Of a stretch of DNA of 64,000 nt, positions 63,639 through 64,000 are shown piece after piece. The stretch's first letter is position 1. The number at the start of each line of letters is the position of its first letter. The notes beneath the pieces were generated by a model. The model was not told the DNA's origin. It worked only from the letters and a program-made list of their open reading frames with translations, and ran no database searches. Source of the stretch: Vicinamibacterales bacterium (lineage in GTDB: Bacteria > Acidobacteriota > Vicinamibacteria > Vicinamibacterales > UBA8438); NCBI GenBank assembly GCA_965243615.1, contig CBDEVO010000003.1:3347141-3411140 (forward strand). Reading direction: 5' to 3'. Both the position numbers and the translations under genes were made by a program.

Positions 63639-64000
63639 CTAGTCGGGCAAGGCGAAGACGAACAGGTTGTTGCCCATGCTCGGGCGCAGCTCGGGCGTCA
63701 GGGGCGCGAAGTACACCAGGGTGCGCGAGCTGCCGGTGCTGACCGCGACGTACTGCCTGCCGTCGACGGCGAACGAGATGGGAAACCCGGTGATGGGCGA
63801 GCCCAGGTTCACCTCCCACAGCACGTCGCCGGTCTCCGCGTCGAGGGCGCGGAACCGGCCGTTGAGGTCGCCGCCGAACACGAGCCCGCCGGCCGTCGCG
63901 ACGAGCGAGGTGGTGGCGGCCCGCTGCTCGTAGGTCCACTTCACCTCGCCGGTCTCCGGGGAGATCGCCTGGACGGTGCCGAGCTGGTCGGTGCCGGGCG
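63639..64000 (-). CDS. PQQ-dependent dehydrogenase, C-terminal part, truncated by the window edge
   Basis: TAGGLVFGGDLNGRFRALDAETGDVLWEVNLGSPITGFPISFAVDGRQYVAV. Confidence 0.85.
   Translation of the reverse strand, partial: PGTDQLGTVQAISPETGEVKWTYEQRAATTSLVATAGGLVFGGDLNGRFRALDAETGDVLWEVNLGSPITGFPISFAVDGRQYVAVSTGSSRTLVYFAPLTPELRPSMGNNLFVFALPD

Noticed and set aside
1-64000. Many long overlapping or antisense ORFs in the track (e.g. 12103-14916, 19552-21945, 30020-32539, 38652-41702, 52656-55298, 56954-59362)
   Set aside because: Arg/Gly/Ala/Pro-rich shadow frames of real high-GC genes, with no recognisable motifs.
1-64000. CRISPR array
   Set aside because: No run of equal-length repeats with unique spacers; the repeats seen are coding (10198-10305), a two-copy duplication (35491-35657) or widely dispersed.
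1-64000. tRNA, rRNA, prophage or intact IS element
   Set aside because: No cloverleaf or rRNA-like segment, and no phage structural, integrase or transposase motifs recognised by eye; a tRNAscan/ISEScan run would be the proper check.

Overview
High-GC (roughly 70%, by eye) bacterial accessory region with no rRNA, tRNA, CRISPR array, integrase or intact transposase visible. The gene content (Oar-type TonB receptors, an ADOP-type orphan permease, several PQQ beta-propeller dehydrogenases, DUF6152, BlaI/M56 pairs) points to Acidobacteriota, probably Vicinamibacteria-like (inference). Secreted and periplasmic redox or nutrient genes (3 PQQ dehydrogenases, 3 paralogs of an uncharacterised EYACHEGN family, c-type heme proteins, tandem phoD, a Tat-exported molybdopterin oxidoreductase operon) alternate with eight toxin-antitoxin loci or relics and many short gene stubs. 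Best candidates for undescribed biology: (1) a tightly coupled three-gene operon at 6542-11649 encoding a DUF559 nuclease, a twin winged-helix protein and an AAA plus HerA/FtsK double ATPase, which looks like an unnamed defence or DNA-processing system; (2) a DmsABCD-architecture operon with non-canonical Fe-S and Mo ligands; (3) an eroded DUF499-type defence locus split by an inverted vapBC, next to a DUF6036 nucleotidyltransferase pair; (4) a roughly 90-bp structured dispersed repeat in three copies. Several operators and probable leaderless promoters can be read directly from the sequence. All family assignments come from motif recognition, not from database searches.
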